This document shows positions 49,053 through 59,463 of a DNA stretch of 64,000 nucleotides, piece after piece. The stretch's first letter is position 1; each line of letters opens with the position of its first letter. The notes under the pieces were generated by a model. The model was not told where the DNA came from, did no database searches, and saw nothing but the letters and a program-made list of their open reading frames with translations. Position numbers and translations under genes: made by a program. Source of the DNA: a virus. Where the stretch lies: IMG/VR virus record IMGVR_UViG_3300022921_001386. One strand, 5' to 3'.

Positions 49053-52000
49053 TAGTAATTATTTCCTTCAGTAATGGTGGTTGTCGAAGTTGTTGTACTT
49101 TGAACGCCTGTGTTTAAAACTTCGTTACTTGTAATAACATTTGCAGTTGCTTTAAGTCTTGATGCAGTAATACTATCAATAACTTCAACATCACTAACAC
49201 TTGCACTACTAATCAATATTTCGTCGTTTTCACTTTTTAGTTCGTACATACTACCAAACGATTGTGTTTCACTTTTTGGTACTAGAACAATACTACTTAT
49301 ATCAGGTGCAGTTTGCTTCATAATATATGCTGCTAATTCACTAAAATAAAATGTTTCTCCAAAGTCCCAGTTTTCTAATGCAAAGAACTCGTTGATACTA
49401 TCAACAACTCGTGATTTTATATCATTGTCATTTACAACACGATTTGTATTTTTTACTATTTTAAATGTTGCTTGCACATCAGTATCACTTTCAGAACCAA
49501 ATAAAGATTTATATTTTACAGGATGATATATTACTTCATCACTGATTGATTTAATCTTTTTAATATCATTGCCAAAATCTAAAAACAGTGAATCACTACT
49601 AGGTGGCAATGGCTTAGTTGTAATATCGCCTTTGAGATATTTTCTATATTCAATATCATAAGATTTTGTTAAAATATACAAGTCAATAATGTTACTACTA
49701 CTTGGATCAATGCGACGATTTTCAGCAGCGGCATGTCTGTAATCAAATCTAATATTATCTCTGCCTCTGTATGCTTTGTAATCAATGGATAGTTCTAATC
49801 CTGTTTGTAGTGCATTAAACTTTTTAAATACATCAGTACTACTAATATAAAATATTGTTGCAGCATCATACGAACTGTATGCTCCGATTGCTGCTTCAGT
49901 TTGTTTTACTACAATATTTTCTGCTGCGGCACTAACATATTCATAAGTTTCGACATCATTTTTTTCAAACTTTTTAGAAAATATATATTTTGTGTCTGGC
50001 AAATAAGCAGGTGCAACAATATTTGTAAATAGATCAGGATCGTCAATCACTCCATCGGCATCACTATCAGTAAATCCTATTTCTAGTTTTTTACTATCTA
50101 CATACCCATCTGCACTTCTGTATTCTTTAACAACTTGCCACTTCCAATCTTGGTTAAACGGTGTTAATAAATCAGGCTTATTATTATTACTTAAAATACT
50201 AATACTATCAGTAACAATCTTACCAACTTTACTATCGTATATACGATCATTGCCATCAAAGTAAAAACGTATTTGTTTGTCACTTTCGAATACATATCTT
50301 ACAGCACGGCTAGTTACTGTATATTTTTCACCATCAGTTTCAAATAAGAAAATCCAACTAGCATCTTGATTTGTGCCAGTAGCATCTCCAGTTTTTCCAG
50401 TATCAAATACACTGGTTGTATCAAGATTGCTGTTTGTAATAACTTTCCAGTTGGTTGTTTCAACATCATAACGCAATCCAAATGTTTTAAATGCAAATGC
50501 CTGATCAACCATTTGTGATAATGTATCATTTACAATAGTATTATTTAATACCGGAATAATTTCTGAAAGTTTACTAGTACTAGGAACTTCATCATTTAAT
50601 ATAATAGGTCCTAATGTACTATCAACATTACCTATTGTTCCATTCTCATATACACTTATAATTTTAGTCCATATATATTCTTTATCACCTAGTGCAGATA
50701 CTTCTCCTAAGACCAGTTTATTGTTTTTGTCGTAATGATATCCTGCTGGAGGAGTAAACTTAACCAAACTTCCAGCAGCAACAAACTTCATTGTTGTAGC
50801 AGTAAAACTTGATACTGCAACTGGTATAGAAAACTGATCTTGGAATAGTCCACTACTTTGATTTGTTTCATTTGTTGTGGCATTCCATGTATAGTTTAAA
50901 TCAACAATACTTGCATTTCTACTAAAGTTTTTATAATAAAAGTTTTTAGTTTGTGTATTCTTTATTATTTCTAATACTCGATTATTAATAACTGCTTCAA
51001 TGTCTGTTTTTGAAACAAAGTTAAAACTAAATTTGTTTGTAAGTTCTTCTGTAAAAATACTTCCGTCATCGCCAAACATCAAAGTGTTACTGTACTTTCC
51101 AGTTGCATCACGTAAATCGTAATATCTACTAATACCACTACTTGTTCTGTTTACACTTTTTGTTTTGATAATCTGTTGGCTTACACCCAAAGGTCCAATA
51201 TTATAATCTTCGCCAGTTATCAAACGATTTTGTGTGTAATATGTACTAGGTGCATTTGTTTGAATACTTTCATTAGTTTCTGATTGATCTGCATTTGAAA
51301 CAACCGATTGTAGTTCTAAAACTATGTTAAGTGTTTCTGCTGAGTTATTTTTACTAATGTAAGGAACTTGAATTTGTATTCCTGTCATATCAGCTGGATT
51401 TATATTAAACTGTGCATTTGCTGATATTCTATAATAAACTTTAAAATCGCCCTTTGGTAATGTTCCAAAAGTTCCGTCACTAAACACAAGACTTATTCTA
51501 TCGCTTACACGACTTAGAACACTATACAAATCACGAACACCTTTGGTAACACTGTTGTAAACAATGTTATTACCTTCTGTGCTTTCAACTTTTTGCCATA
51601 ACGCTTCTTCGTTTCCGTTGCTGTCTAACTTGTAAAGCCAAACATCACTGTTGTTGATGTTATCGCTGTCAATGTTTACAGTTGTATTTGGAACAGGATT
51701 TAATATAGAGAATGTATTCTCTTGTATACTACCTTGTCTAAAGTGCATAAAAAATCCACTGTTTGAACTTCCTGCACCTTGGCCGTTGTCTCTATATAAA
51801 AATGCTAGTTTATTTCCAGGAAACGGTTCTTCTTCGTATATTGTTGTAGTATCTGTATCAATATTAGTACTAACAATTTCAAACTTGCGTGAGGTGTCAT
51901 CTATGTTTTTTGTAAAACTATATATAGGCAACCCTGTATTATTTGCACTAAATCTATATTGTTCAGTTGTTACGCCATTTACAATAGCTTTTTTAATAGG

Positions 52001-52516
52001 GCGGCCAAATGTTGAGTTTGCTGGCAACGCAGCATTCATAATCTTAATAAACTGTTCGTACCAATCCGAGTTAGTAGGATCATTCCAAATAATAGATTGA
52101 TTAGACAAATTGTTGTTATTAGCATCGACTACATCCTCTGTGGTACTAACACTTTCAATTTTTAATAATCCGTTGGCTGGAATATTTCTATTTGCATTAT
52201 AACTAATAAGCCTTGCCAAACGGAGAATACTTTCTCTACGGTCAGCAGTTTCAATAAAGTTTTCTCTAGCATTTAGGTCAGTACGGAAAGCAAGGTTTTG
52301 TCCTAGAAATGCAATAAGATCAATAAGTGCAAGATATTCACTGGATTCGATATAATCATTAAAATCTTCTGGATAGTTTTCACGGATATATGTAATCATA
52401 GTTCTGCGTAGATTATCAAAGTCGTAACTTTGGAAATCTGCGTATCTAAAACTTTGATATATTGTTTTCCAGTCTTCAGCTAGTAGAAGTCTGTTTTGCC
52501 TATCTGTCGTTGACAT
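49052..52516 (-). CDS. Baseplate wedge subunit (T4 gp6-like)
   Basis: YDFDNLR...LIDLIAF...ENFIETA.RRESILRLA...FSDGTFG.LP...NAP..Y.TQNRLITGEDY; follows gp25. Confidence 0.85.
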   Translation of the reverse strand: MSTTDRQNRLLLAEDWKTIYQSFRYADFQSYDFDNLRRTMITYIRENYPEDFNDYIESSEYLALIDLIAFLGQNLAFRTDLNARENFIETADRRESILRLARLISYNANRNIPANGLLKIESVSTTEDVVDANNNNLSNQSIIWNDPTNSDWYEQFIKIMNAALPANSTFGRPIKKAIVNGVTTEQYRFSANNTGLPIYSFTKNIDDTSRKFEIVSTNIDTDTTTIYEEEPFPGNKLAFLYRDNGQGAGSSNSGFFMHFRQGSIQENTFSILNPVPNTTVNIDSDNINNSDVWLYKLDSNGNEEALWQKVESTEGNNIVYNSVTKGVRDLYSVLSRVSDRISLVFSDGTFGTLPKGDFKVYYRISANAQFNINPADMTGIQIQVPYISKNNSAETLNIVLELQSVVSNADQSETNESIQTNAPSTYYTQNRLITGEDYNIGPLGVSQQIIKTKSVNRTSSGISRYYDLRDATGKYSNTLMFGDDGSIFTEELTNKFSFNFVSKTDIEAVINNRVLEIIKNTQTKNFYYKNFSRNASIVDLNYTWNATTNETNQSSGLFQDQFSIPVAVSSFTATTMKFVAAGSLVKFTPPAGYHYDKNNKLVLGEVSALGDKEYIWTKIISVYENGTIGNVDSTLGPIILNDEVPSTSKLSEIIPVLNNTIVNDTLSQMVDQAFAFKTFGLRYDVETTNWKVITNSNLDTTSVFDTGKTGDATGTNQDASWIFLFETDGEKYTVTSRAVRYVFESDKQIRFYFDGNDRIYDSKVGKIVTDSISILSNNNKPDLLTPFNQDWKWQVVKEYRSADGYVDSKKLEIGFTDSDADGVIDDPDLFTNIVAPAYLPDTKYIFSKKFEKNDVETYEYVSAAAENIVVKQTEAAIGAYSSYDAATIFYISSTDVFKKFNALQTGLELSIDYKAYRGRDNIRFDYRHAAAENRRIDPSSSNIIDLYILTKSYDIEYRKYLKGDITTKPLPPSSDSLFLDFGNDIKKIKSISDEVIYHPVKYKSLFGSESDTDVQATFKIVKNTNRVVNDNDIKSRVVDSINEFFALENWDFGETFYFSELAAYIMKQTAPDISSIVLVPKSETQSFGSMYELKSENDEILISSASVSDVEVIDSITASRLKATANVITSNEVLNTGVQSTTTSTTTITEGNNY

Positions 52517-52568
52517 TCGCGGTTCCTCACTTTATAGTATATTTACCTGAAGTAAAAAACTGCGTACT

Positions 52569-53006
52569 TTAAATTAATCCGTTGTCTTGATCAAACTTTA
52601 TACGCATACTTTCGCTAATGCTGTAAGGAATGTAAGTCAACGAACAGTCAATCTGTATACCGCTTTCGTAACTGTCAACGATTACACTATCAACATTAAC
52701 TCTTGGATCGTAGTTGACTATTTCTGTTACATCTTCAATAATAAGTTGTTTTAAGTCATCAGTAAATGGTTCAAACAACACATCCCATATAATAGTTCCA
52801 AACTCTGGATTCTCAAGTTTTTCACCTTGACGAATATGGAAATGATTTATAATATCCTGCTTGATTATACTAATATCATACAAGTTAAATCCTTTAGGAT
52901 TAGCTACTGTGCTAACTCCTCTGTATTGTTTGGAAACCACAGGAGGACTAGTAATATCGTTTGATACTGTTACATTTTTGTATAAGGGTTTTTCATTTGT
53001 AGCCAT
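52569..53006 (-). CDS. Baseplate wedge subunit (T4 gp25-like)
   Basis: IKQDIINHFHIRQGEKLENPEFGTIIWDVLFEP...YDPRV. Confidence 0.9.
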   Translation of the reverse strand: MATNEKPLYKNVTVSNDITSPPVVSKQYRGVSTVANPKGFNLYDISIIKQDIINHFHIRQGEKLENPEFGTIIWDVLFEPFTDDLKQLIIEDVTEIVNYDPRVNVDSVIVDSYESGIQIDCSLTYIPYSISESMRIKFDQDNGLI

Positions 53007-53013
53007 ACTGTAT

Positions 53014-54312
53014 TTATCTTGCTATCATATAGTTGAATGCGGCTTGGCTGTCGGCAGGTAATTTTATTAGTTCGGCAGATCTGTTACTAGGATTCAACTC
53101 TACTATTCTGTCAAAATCGTATGATCCTATTTTAAAAACTTGTCCGTCTACTACAATACCTAATATCGTATCTTCTTTTGCTTTTTCTTCAATACTTATT
53201 CCGTATCCATTGTTCTTTTTAACAAGTTTAGTTCCAAACTTTTTAGCACATCTTTTACAAGCAGTTGCTACATTTGCAAATGTAGGATCGTTTGTTGTTT
53301 TAAATGTTTTCTTATCTATTTGTTTGGCTAAACTTGCCATGTTATTAAGTTGACCTACTGGATTATCATTGAATATAATATCTTTGGCTATTTGTTTGCC
53401 TGCTTTGCTAGTAACTCTCGGCTTATTGAATATTTTTCCAACTAGATTTGCTCCTACTTGTGCAGCAGCGCCGCCTAATACTTTTTGTAAATCAGGTGGT
53501 AAACTGTTTAGTGCTCCTGAAAGATTTTTTGTAAAATCACCAACACCACGACTAAACTGATCAAACACCGGGCCTACTCCTGGTATGCCTGAAATAGCTG
53601 CTCCTAACCCGCCTGCTAGTTTTCCGGCCATATCTCCTAATGCGCCAGATACTGCTCCGAGTGCATTTCCTATAGCACCATCGATAGCTCCTAAAGCACT
53701 TCCTAATGCACCGGACAATCCTGTACTTGATAGTAAGTTACCCATTACACCAGGAAGTTTTCCTAGTATTCCTCCAAGTGCTGATCCTGCTATACTACTT
53801 AATCCGCCTTGTAGGCCTTGTAAAAAACTATCTTTTATGTAATCAACTGTGTTAGTAGTTGCATCTTGTATTTCTGTTCTAACCTCTGCTGGATTAGCTG
53901 CGTTTGTTCCGCCAGCGTAGGTATTAGTAACAGAAGAACTACCAGTAGGAGCACCAAAATTTCCGCCAGGTACTCTTATACCAGCAATAGCAGGAATATT
54001 ACCAGCTGCAAGAGTAGCAGGACTAACAAATCCTAAGTTTTCAACAAATGCAGCCGGGTTTGAAATACCTTGTAGTGCGCCTGCTGCGCCAGCTAGTTGT
54101 CCTGATATTGACCCAAATACTGCTCCTGCTGCACCTTGAAGCGCACCTTCTATATTACCAGATTGTATGCCTCCAGCTATGCCGCCAACAAGTGCTACTG
54201 TAGGCAAAGGTGCATTAGCCAATGCTTGATTTATTCCTTGCACTCCTCGAGATATTGATTCTCTAACAATAGGCTGAACCAACTGCGAGTTGTTTATTGC
54301 AAATGCTACCAT
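53014..54312 (-). CDS. Gly/Ala-rich putative virion protein
   Basis: Long amphipathic G/A/L runs; GGAGG RBS and TAAATA at 54329-54334. Confidence 0.6.
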   Translation of the reverse strand: MVAFAINNSQLVQPIVRESISRGVQGINQALANAPLPTVALVGGIAGGIQSGNIEGALQGAAGAVFGSISGQLAGAAGALQGISNPAAFVENLGFVSPATLAAGNIPAIAGIRVPGGNFGAPTGSSSVTNTYAGGTNAANPAEVRTEIQDATTNTVDYIKDSFLQGLQGGLSSIAGSALGGILGKLPGVMGNLLSSTGLSGALGSALGAIDGAIGNALGAVSGALGDMAGKLAGGLGAAISGIPGVGPVFDQFSRGVGDFTKNLSGALNSLPPDLQKVLGGAAAQVGANLVGKIFNKPRVTSKAGKQIAKDIIFNDNPVGQLNNMASLAKQIDKKTFKTTNDPTFANVATACKRCAKKFGTKLVKKNNGYGISIEEKAKEDTILGIVVDGQVFKIGSYDFDRIVELNPSNRSAELIKLPADSQAAFNYMIAR

Positions 54313-54334
54313 ACTGCCCTCCTAGTAGTATTTA

Positions 54335-55900
54335 TTACTCTTTTCCTAGCTCGTTCATTGGTGTTCTATCGGTGTGTACCGGGCGTTCATCCATATGAAG
54401 GTCTTGGCTTTCTGTATCAACTGCTTCTGTTTTATCTGGTGCTGTTTCTAGTGGGTTCCAGTTTTCGTGGCCTTGCCATGGTTCGTGTTGCGGAACACGC
54501 TGCGGAAACTTGGCTTTTATCGATACTTCTGCTTCTTCTGCTTCCGGTGCAGCAGGCCCGTTGAGATGTATATCACCGCCTGATATTGTTGTGTTTGTTG
54601 CACCAATACTAAAGTCACCTCCGGCTGTTACTTTTGTTTCAGCACCAGACTTGAAGTTACTAGCGGCTGCTGACGTAATGTTTACACCGACTGCACTGTT
54701 TATATGTGTGTTACCTAATGTTGAAATTTTGCCATCAACACCTACTAATACTTCCCAATTAACAGCAGCACTTTGATATATGCTTTCATTTACAATCATA
54801 TTGATGTTTCTGCCGGCTTCAAAGTTAATATCTCTGTCTGCTACAAAGTTGAAATCTGTTTCTGTATGAAAACTAATACTATCTTTAGCATAAACATCAA
54901 GTTTGCCATTACTTGACATTTCAATCCATGCTGTTCCTCTGCTGTTATTGATATAGATTAGATCTTCACTGGTGTTGATCATTATTTGTGCACCAGTGCG
55001 TGTTCTAAATCGTATCATTTCGTTTGCAGGGCGTGTAACATCGCCGCCAGTTTCGCTTGCTTCTTTGTTTATGTATTTGTAAGGAGTATCTTCAGGGGAT
55101 CCTTCTCGTATAAGTTTGTCGTCACCGTCATCAATAACAAAACTACTACTGCCTAAACGGTTTACATGCACTGTTGCTTGGCTTTCTTTTAAACCTATTC
55201 TGCCTTGCGGTGATCCTCCACGCTTGTCAACAGGGCCCGGACTACTTAATCCAAGTACTGCACTAGGAAATTCACGTTGCGCACTACTAGTTGTTATTCC
55301 TCTAATATCATCTTCAACTAATCCTTGTTCTTTTAGTTGATTGATAAAATCTTCATTAACAGGTCTTTTGTATTTTACAGGATTATTGGTTTGTATTTTT
55401 GTTATTTTTTTGTTGTATTCGCCAACTGGTAGTTTTTTACCTTTTAATTCTTTTGGTACTGGGCCGCTGGTTTGTTCTGTACTAGGCTGGCCGCCAGGCA
55501 ACATAAATGTCATACCTCTTTCAGGTACACATCCAAACCAATAACCAAACTCTCTGCTTCCTTCTACAAATGTACACAATACTAATGTGCCTGGGTCTGG
55601 CGGAATAGCCCAAAATCCATAACTTTTTTGTGTATTTGAATACGTATCGTTTTTTCCTAAATGCTGGGCACCTGTAACTCCATAAAATGGACTTGCATAA
55701 TAAACTATCGACGTTTGACCTAAGGTTTCTCCAGCTGTTCCTGCTTCACTTATTTTTAAAAGTTCAACTTCTAGTGCTCCGAGATACAAAGGATCGGCAT
55801 GTTTAATAACTCTAGCCAAATATGGGCCGGCCTTAGGAGCAGGTTGTCCGTTATCAACTGATCTTGTTTGTTCTGCTTTTATTGGTCCATTGTTTTGCAT
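54335..55900 (-). CDS. Baseplate hub/central spike (T4 gp5/VgrG-like, no lysozyme domain)
   Basis: OB-fold (GPYLARV...DP...G...YGFWAIPPDPGT.VL..F...YWFGC), RTRTGAQI and beta-helix repeats, C-terminal HEPWQGHE. Confidence 0.8.
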   Translation of the reverse strand: MQNNGPIKAEQTRSVDNGQPAPKAGPYLARVIKHADPLYLGALEVELLKISEAGTAGETLGQTSIVYYASPFYGVTGAQHLGKNDTYSNTQKSYGFWAIPPDPGTLVLCTFVEGSREFGYWFGCVPERGMTFMLPGGQPSTEQTSGPVPKELKGKKLPVGEYNKKITKIQTNNPVKYKRPVNEDFINQLKEQGLVEDDIRGITTSSAQREFPSAVLGLSSPGPVDKRGGSPQGRIGLKESQATVHVNRLGSSSFVIDDGDDKLIREGSPEDTPYKYINKEASETGGDVTRPANEMIRFRTRTGAQIMINTSEDLIYINNSRGTAWIEMSSNGKLDVYAKDSISFHTETDFNFVADRDINFEAGRNINMIVNESIYQSAAVNWEVLVGVDGKISTLGNTHINSAVGVNITSAAASNFKSGAETKVTAGGDFSIGATNTTISGGDIHLNGPAAPEAEEAEVSIKAKFPQRVPQHEPWQGHENWNPLETAPDKTEAVDTESQDLHMDERPVHTDRTPMNELGKE

Positions 55901-58300
55901 TTAACTATTAAATCCTGTGTTTAATTGACTTGCTTTGTTAGCATCTTGTACTTTGTTTGCTTGATCCGATGTTCCTGATGTTCTAGTATCTTCAGGCTGT
56001 CCTCGACGTCTTAGCAATGTAAGCTCTTGTGTGAAACGATTTCGTTGAATTTTGTTTTCAATAGCAGTTACTCTATATAATCCATTAAACTGAGATACAG
56101 GAACTGTATTTTCTGGGTAAATCATTCCTCCGGTATCTGGATTGTAATCAATCGGAGTTCTAAAATTCAATATAACATCAACTTCACTGCGTTGATAATC
56201 AACCTGGCCTCCTGCTGTAGTGTTTAGATCTCCTGGTTGATCTGTCCAGTTGCCCATTCCACTGTCAACTATAAAATAAGGATCACCGAATATTTCAAGT
56301 TTAACTTCGACTAAGTCAACACTACCGTTGCCTAATATCTGATCATGAAACTTACGTGCCCATCTAATCTTACTATTATCAATCCCAGCTCCGCCGCTAC
56401 CTTGTGTGCTGCTTGAATTTACAAATGCTTGTGTGGTTAAACCAGTTGAACTATTTGCACCCGAAGGCTGGATGTTCAATCCTAACTGACTCGGCTTTTG
56501 TTCAGTAAGATTAAACTGTGTGCCACCAGTTTTTGCATCAATGCTTAACTGGCCGCTGTCAGGTTGTATAAATTGAAAGAATGCTGCTCTAAAGTTTATA
56601 TCAAAACGAACAATATCAGTATTTTCTCCACTATAGATATAGTTGTATTCTTTTTTTGCATTTTGTCTTAGACTGTTGTAATCTACACCTGCTGCTCCAG
56701 CGTTCTGAAAGTGACTACTATGCACCATATACTCTACAACTTTATAATGATTTACTTTTGCATCTTCGCCGAATACATTTTCCTGTTGTGCATTTGGTTT
56801 TAGGTAACTTTCTGCATCTATTCTAAACCACGGAACCATTCCGTTTGCATCAGGTGCTCGTTCTTTTATAGATTTGCCCCAGTCGCTTGTTAATATTACA
56901 TCTTCGATGATTCTTAATATTGATGTACCCGAACTATAGCTAAAAACTCTTTCATCATTACTAACAGTATTTTTAGCACGAGTCATAACTTTATTTTTTT
57001 TGTCATAAACTTGACCAGTTTGTGGCATTGGTACTGTTCCACTTTCTTCAGCACCTTCAATGATACGTGCTTTTCCAAGATTGTTCAAACTGTTTGGGTC
57101 TTGTGCTATCGATGATAGCTGTTCACCGATGCTGCTTTTTGTTAATATTTGTCCAGTAATCATACTCAAAAATGCTTCAAAGTTTTGAGGCGCTTGCGCT
57201 CCTAAAAACCCACTAATGTTTTCAAACAATCCTTGCACATTACCCGATTTAAAGTTTGCTAACAATCCTCCAAGACTTTTGTCTAGGCCGCCAGCTAATC
57301 CACCTAACAATCCTCCAGCTGCGCCGCCTATGCCGCTAATAGATCCTCCTAATGCTCCAGCAACTGCTCCTGCTGCACTGTTTTGAAAACTATTTTTTAA
57401 ACTATTGCCGTTTGCTAGGCCTCCAATAACGCCGCCAACTACTCCAGCTGCTACAGCACCAAATAATCCGCCGCCTTTGCTGGCGCCACCGCCTTGAGAT
57501 TTAGTTGTGGCGCCTGCATCAGTTGTATTTGGTATTCTTGCAGGATTGCCACTAGAAGCAATATCTTTTGGAAATGTAATAACTATTTCCGAAGCTTCTG
57601 CTAGTTGATTTGATTTTCTTAGTTCTTCATAGTGTCCATTAATAATAGTTGTTAAACTTTGTTCACCGCTTTGTAAGAGTTTTTCAACAGTATTGCCTGT
57701 TAATGCTATATCAACTGGACTTGCAGTTGCATCATCAAGATATGCTTGTTCATTCCACGGTAGTGCTTCAACTGTGTAAGTTGTGCCACCTTGATTTACA
57801 TCAAACTCTATGTTTGTTAGTTTTATTGGAACATCTCTACGAAGATTTAATCCTGATTCTGTAACAATAACATCTCCATCGTCATCGTACCCTATAAACT
57901 CCATTGATAACATAAACGGAGCATTAGCATAGTTTTGATATCCGCTAATAGTTGCAGCTATTTGACAAGTTTGTAAGAATAATCCCATACTATATGGTTC
58001 GTCAACAGTAAATGTTATGAATGTAGCATTTGTACTGCGTGATTTTGAGTTTGGAACACACAATGCTTCAATATTAACATTATCAATAAAGTATTCTAAC
58101 TTGCCGCCTATGATATCTTCATATTCAGTCGTAACTTTGTTGTCGCCGGCGCCGCCGCCGCTTCTAAGAATAACATTTTGAGGACCATATGCTCTATATG
58201 TTTCATTAGGTACTGCAATCTCATCTCTTGTTAAACAAGACATTGTAAAAATAGTATTAAAACTAGAAAACTGATGTAGACTGTTTGTTTCGATAGACAT
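55901..58300 (-). CDS. Baseplate hub protein (gp27-like) with Gly-rich insertion
   Basis: Position between gp53-like and gp5; FTVDEPYSMGLF, LEIFGDPYF, FNGLYRVTAIENK...FTQEL. Confidence 0.6.
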   Translation of the reverse strand: MSIETNSLHQFSSFNTIFTMSCLTRDEIAVPNETYRAYGPQNVILRSGGGAGDNKVTTEYEDIIGGKLEYFIDNVNIEALCVPNSKSRSTNATFITFTVDEPYSMGLFLQTCQIAATISGYQNYANAPFMLSMEFIGYDDDGDVIVTESGLNLRRDVPIKLTNIEFDVNQGGTTYTVEALPWNEQAYLDDATASPVDIALTGNTVEKLLQSGEQSLTTIINGHYEELRKSNQLAEASEIVITFPKDIASSGNPARIPNTTDAGATTKSQGGGASKGGGLFGAVAAGVVGGVIGGLANGNSLKNSFQNSAAGAVAGALGGSISGIGGAAGGLLGGLAGGLDKSLGGLLANFKSGNVQGLFENISGFLGAQAPQNFEAFLSMITGQILTKSSIGEQLSSIAQDPNSLNNLGKARIIEGAEESGTVPMPQTGQVYDKKNKVMTRAKNTVSNDERVFSYSSGTSILRIIEDVILTSDWGKSIKERAPDANGMVPWFRIDAESYLKPNAQQENVFGEDAKVNHYKVVEYMVHSSHFQNAGAAGVDYNSLRQNAKKEYNYIYSGENTDIVRFDINFRAAFFQFIQPDSGQLSIDAKTGGTQFNLTEQKPSQLGLNIQPSGANSSTGLTTQAFVNSSSTQGSGGAGIDNSKIRWARKFHDQILGNGSVDLVEVKLEIFGDPYFIVDSGMGNWTDQPGDLNTTAGGQVDYQRSEVDVILNFRTPIDYNPDTGGMIYPENTVPVSQFNGLYRVTAIENKIQRNRFTQELTLLRRRGQPEDTRTSGTSDQANKVQDANKASQLNTGFNS

Positions 58301-58602
58301 TAGATTCCTAACTCTGTTTTCAATTTTGATTTCTTAGGTAAAAATATTTTAGTGCCAGCTTCAAAATCAAATACAGGATCCTTTATTGTATCCATATTTC
58401 TTTGAGCAAAAACCCACCATAACTTTGATGTATTATACAAATCATATGCTAACAAGTCAGGACGGTGTGAATATTGAGGCTCAATAGTGTAAAGAATATC
58501 GTCATCTTCTGCTGGAACTGGTCTAATAGAGAAGAAACCTAACTCGCCGCTGGTTGTAAGTTTTGTATTTCCGTAAGGACTAGTTTTTCCATAGTTTGCC
58601 AT
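58300..58602 (-). CDS. Baseplate wedge protein (gp53/LysM-like)
   Basis: YTIEPQYSHRPDLLAYDLYNTSKLWWVFAQRN...IKDP. Confidence 0.85.
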   Translation of the reverse strand: MANYGKTSPYGNTKLTTSGELGFFSIRPVPAEDDDILYTIEPQYSHRPDLLAYDLYNTSKLWWVFAQRNMDTIKDPVFDFEAGTKIFLPKKSKLKTELGI

Positions 58603-59390
58603 TAGATAAATCCTTTATTTGCTATATTACCAGTGATAAACTGATCCATATTGAAGCTTGATACTTTGCTTCGGCTGTATGTTGGTTTTAAACCTATTGA
58701 AAGCATACTATTTGTTGGAACCATTTGATAAGTTGAAGAATATTCTCCAAATGCGCCCGTATTTACTTTGATATAATCAATTTCATCAGCTAAATCAAAA
58801 CTAAACTGTGTGACTACAACCGGTACATTGTTTAAAACATAATCTCCATATCCACTTAGTTTTACAACAGGTGGTGGTGAACCTTTTTCACTACTTTCAC
58901 CATAAAACATCTTAGTAAGACTTCTAAACAAGTGAACACAAGCAACCCAATACATTCCATCTTCTTCAGACTGTACTGGAAATCTTCCAGTGACAGTTAT
59001 ATCGTCATGTCTACTGTTAACATATTGCGGAAAAGGATAATTACTATGTGTAGGAGCCATTTCCTCATATGCTGCCGATGATACAAGGTTTATTGTTGGA
59101 GTAACAGGAAAAACGGCATACCAATCTGTTTGTGCTAAAGGAGCTAATATAGGACTATATCTATAAGATGATATTGTAGGAACTTTTATCTTGACTCGCC
59201 AATCTGGAACTGAATCGTTTGTTGGAGCAAACCGTGCAGTTGTTGCAGAGCCTCTATCAGGTTCTGCGCCTGGAGGTAAACTTCTTGAACGTATTGATTT
59301 GCCAACATTTGATCGATTTGCAAAGAACGTGTTATTAAGATTTCTAGTACCAACTGTGTTTGGTACTGATTGATTTGGATTGTTTGTCAT
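58602..59390 (-). CDS. Tail tube initiator/baseplate protein (gp48/gp54-like)
   Basis: FPVTPTI...PTHSNY...SPPPVVKLSGYGDYVLNNVPVVVTQFS pattern typical of tube initiators. Confidence 0.65.
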   Translation of the reverse strand: MTNNPNQSVPNTVGTRNLNNTFFANRSNVGKSIRSRSLPPGAEPDRGSATTARFAPTNDSVPDWRVKIKVPTISSYRYSPILAPLAQTDWYAVFPVTPTINLVSSAAYEEMAPTHSNYPFPQYVNSRHDDITVTGRFPVQSEEDGMYWVACVHLFRSLTKMFYGESSEKGSPPPVVKLSGYGDYVLNNVPVVVTQFSFDLADEIDYIKVNTGAFGEYSSTYQMVPTNSMLSIGLKPTYSRSKVSSFNMDQFITGNIANKGFI

Positions 59391-59408
59391 TGTAAACTCC
59401 TACACTAC

Positions 59409-59414
59409 TATTTA
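59409..59414 (-). promoter_or_regulatory. Putative late promoter (TAAATA) for the tail/baseplate operon
   Basis: cTAAATAgtagtgtAGGAGtttacaATG. Confidence 0.65.
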
Positions 59415-59415
59415 G

Positions 59416-59444
59416 TTGACAAAATAAACTATGTATATTATAAT
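59416..59444 (+). promoter_or_regulatory. Perfect-consensus sigma70 promoter for the late sigma gene
   Basis: TTGACA (59416-59421)-17 bp-TATAAT (59439-59444), then AAGGAG RBS. Confidence 0.85.
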
Positions 59445-59463
59445 GTATTAAAGGAGTCGATAA

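Noticed and set aside
53014-54312. Tape measure protein
   Set aside because: Only 432 aa and located between gp5 and gp25; composition alone is insufficient.
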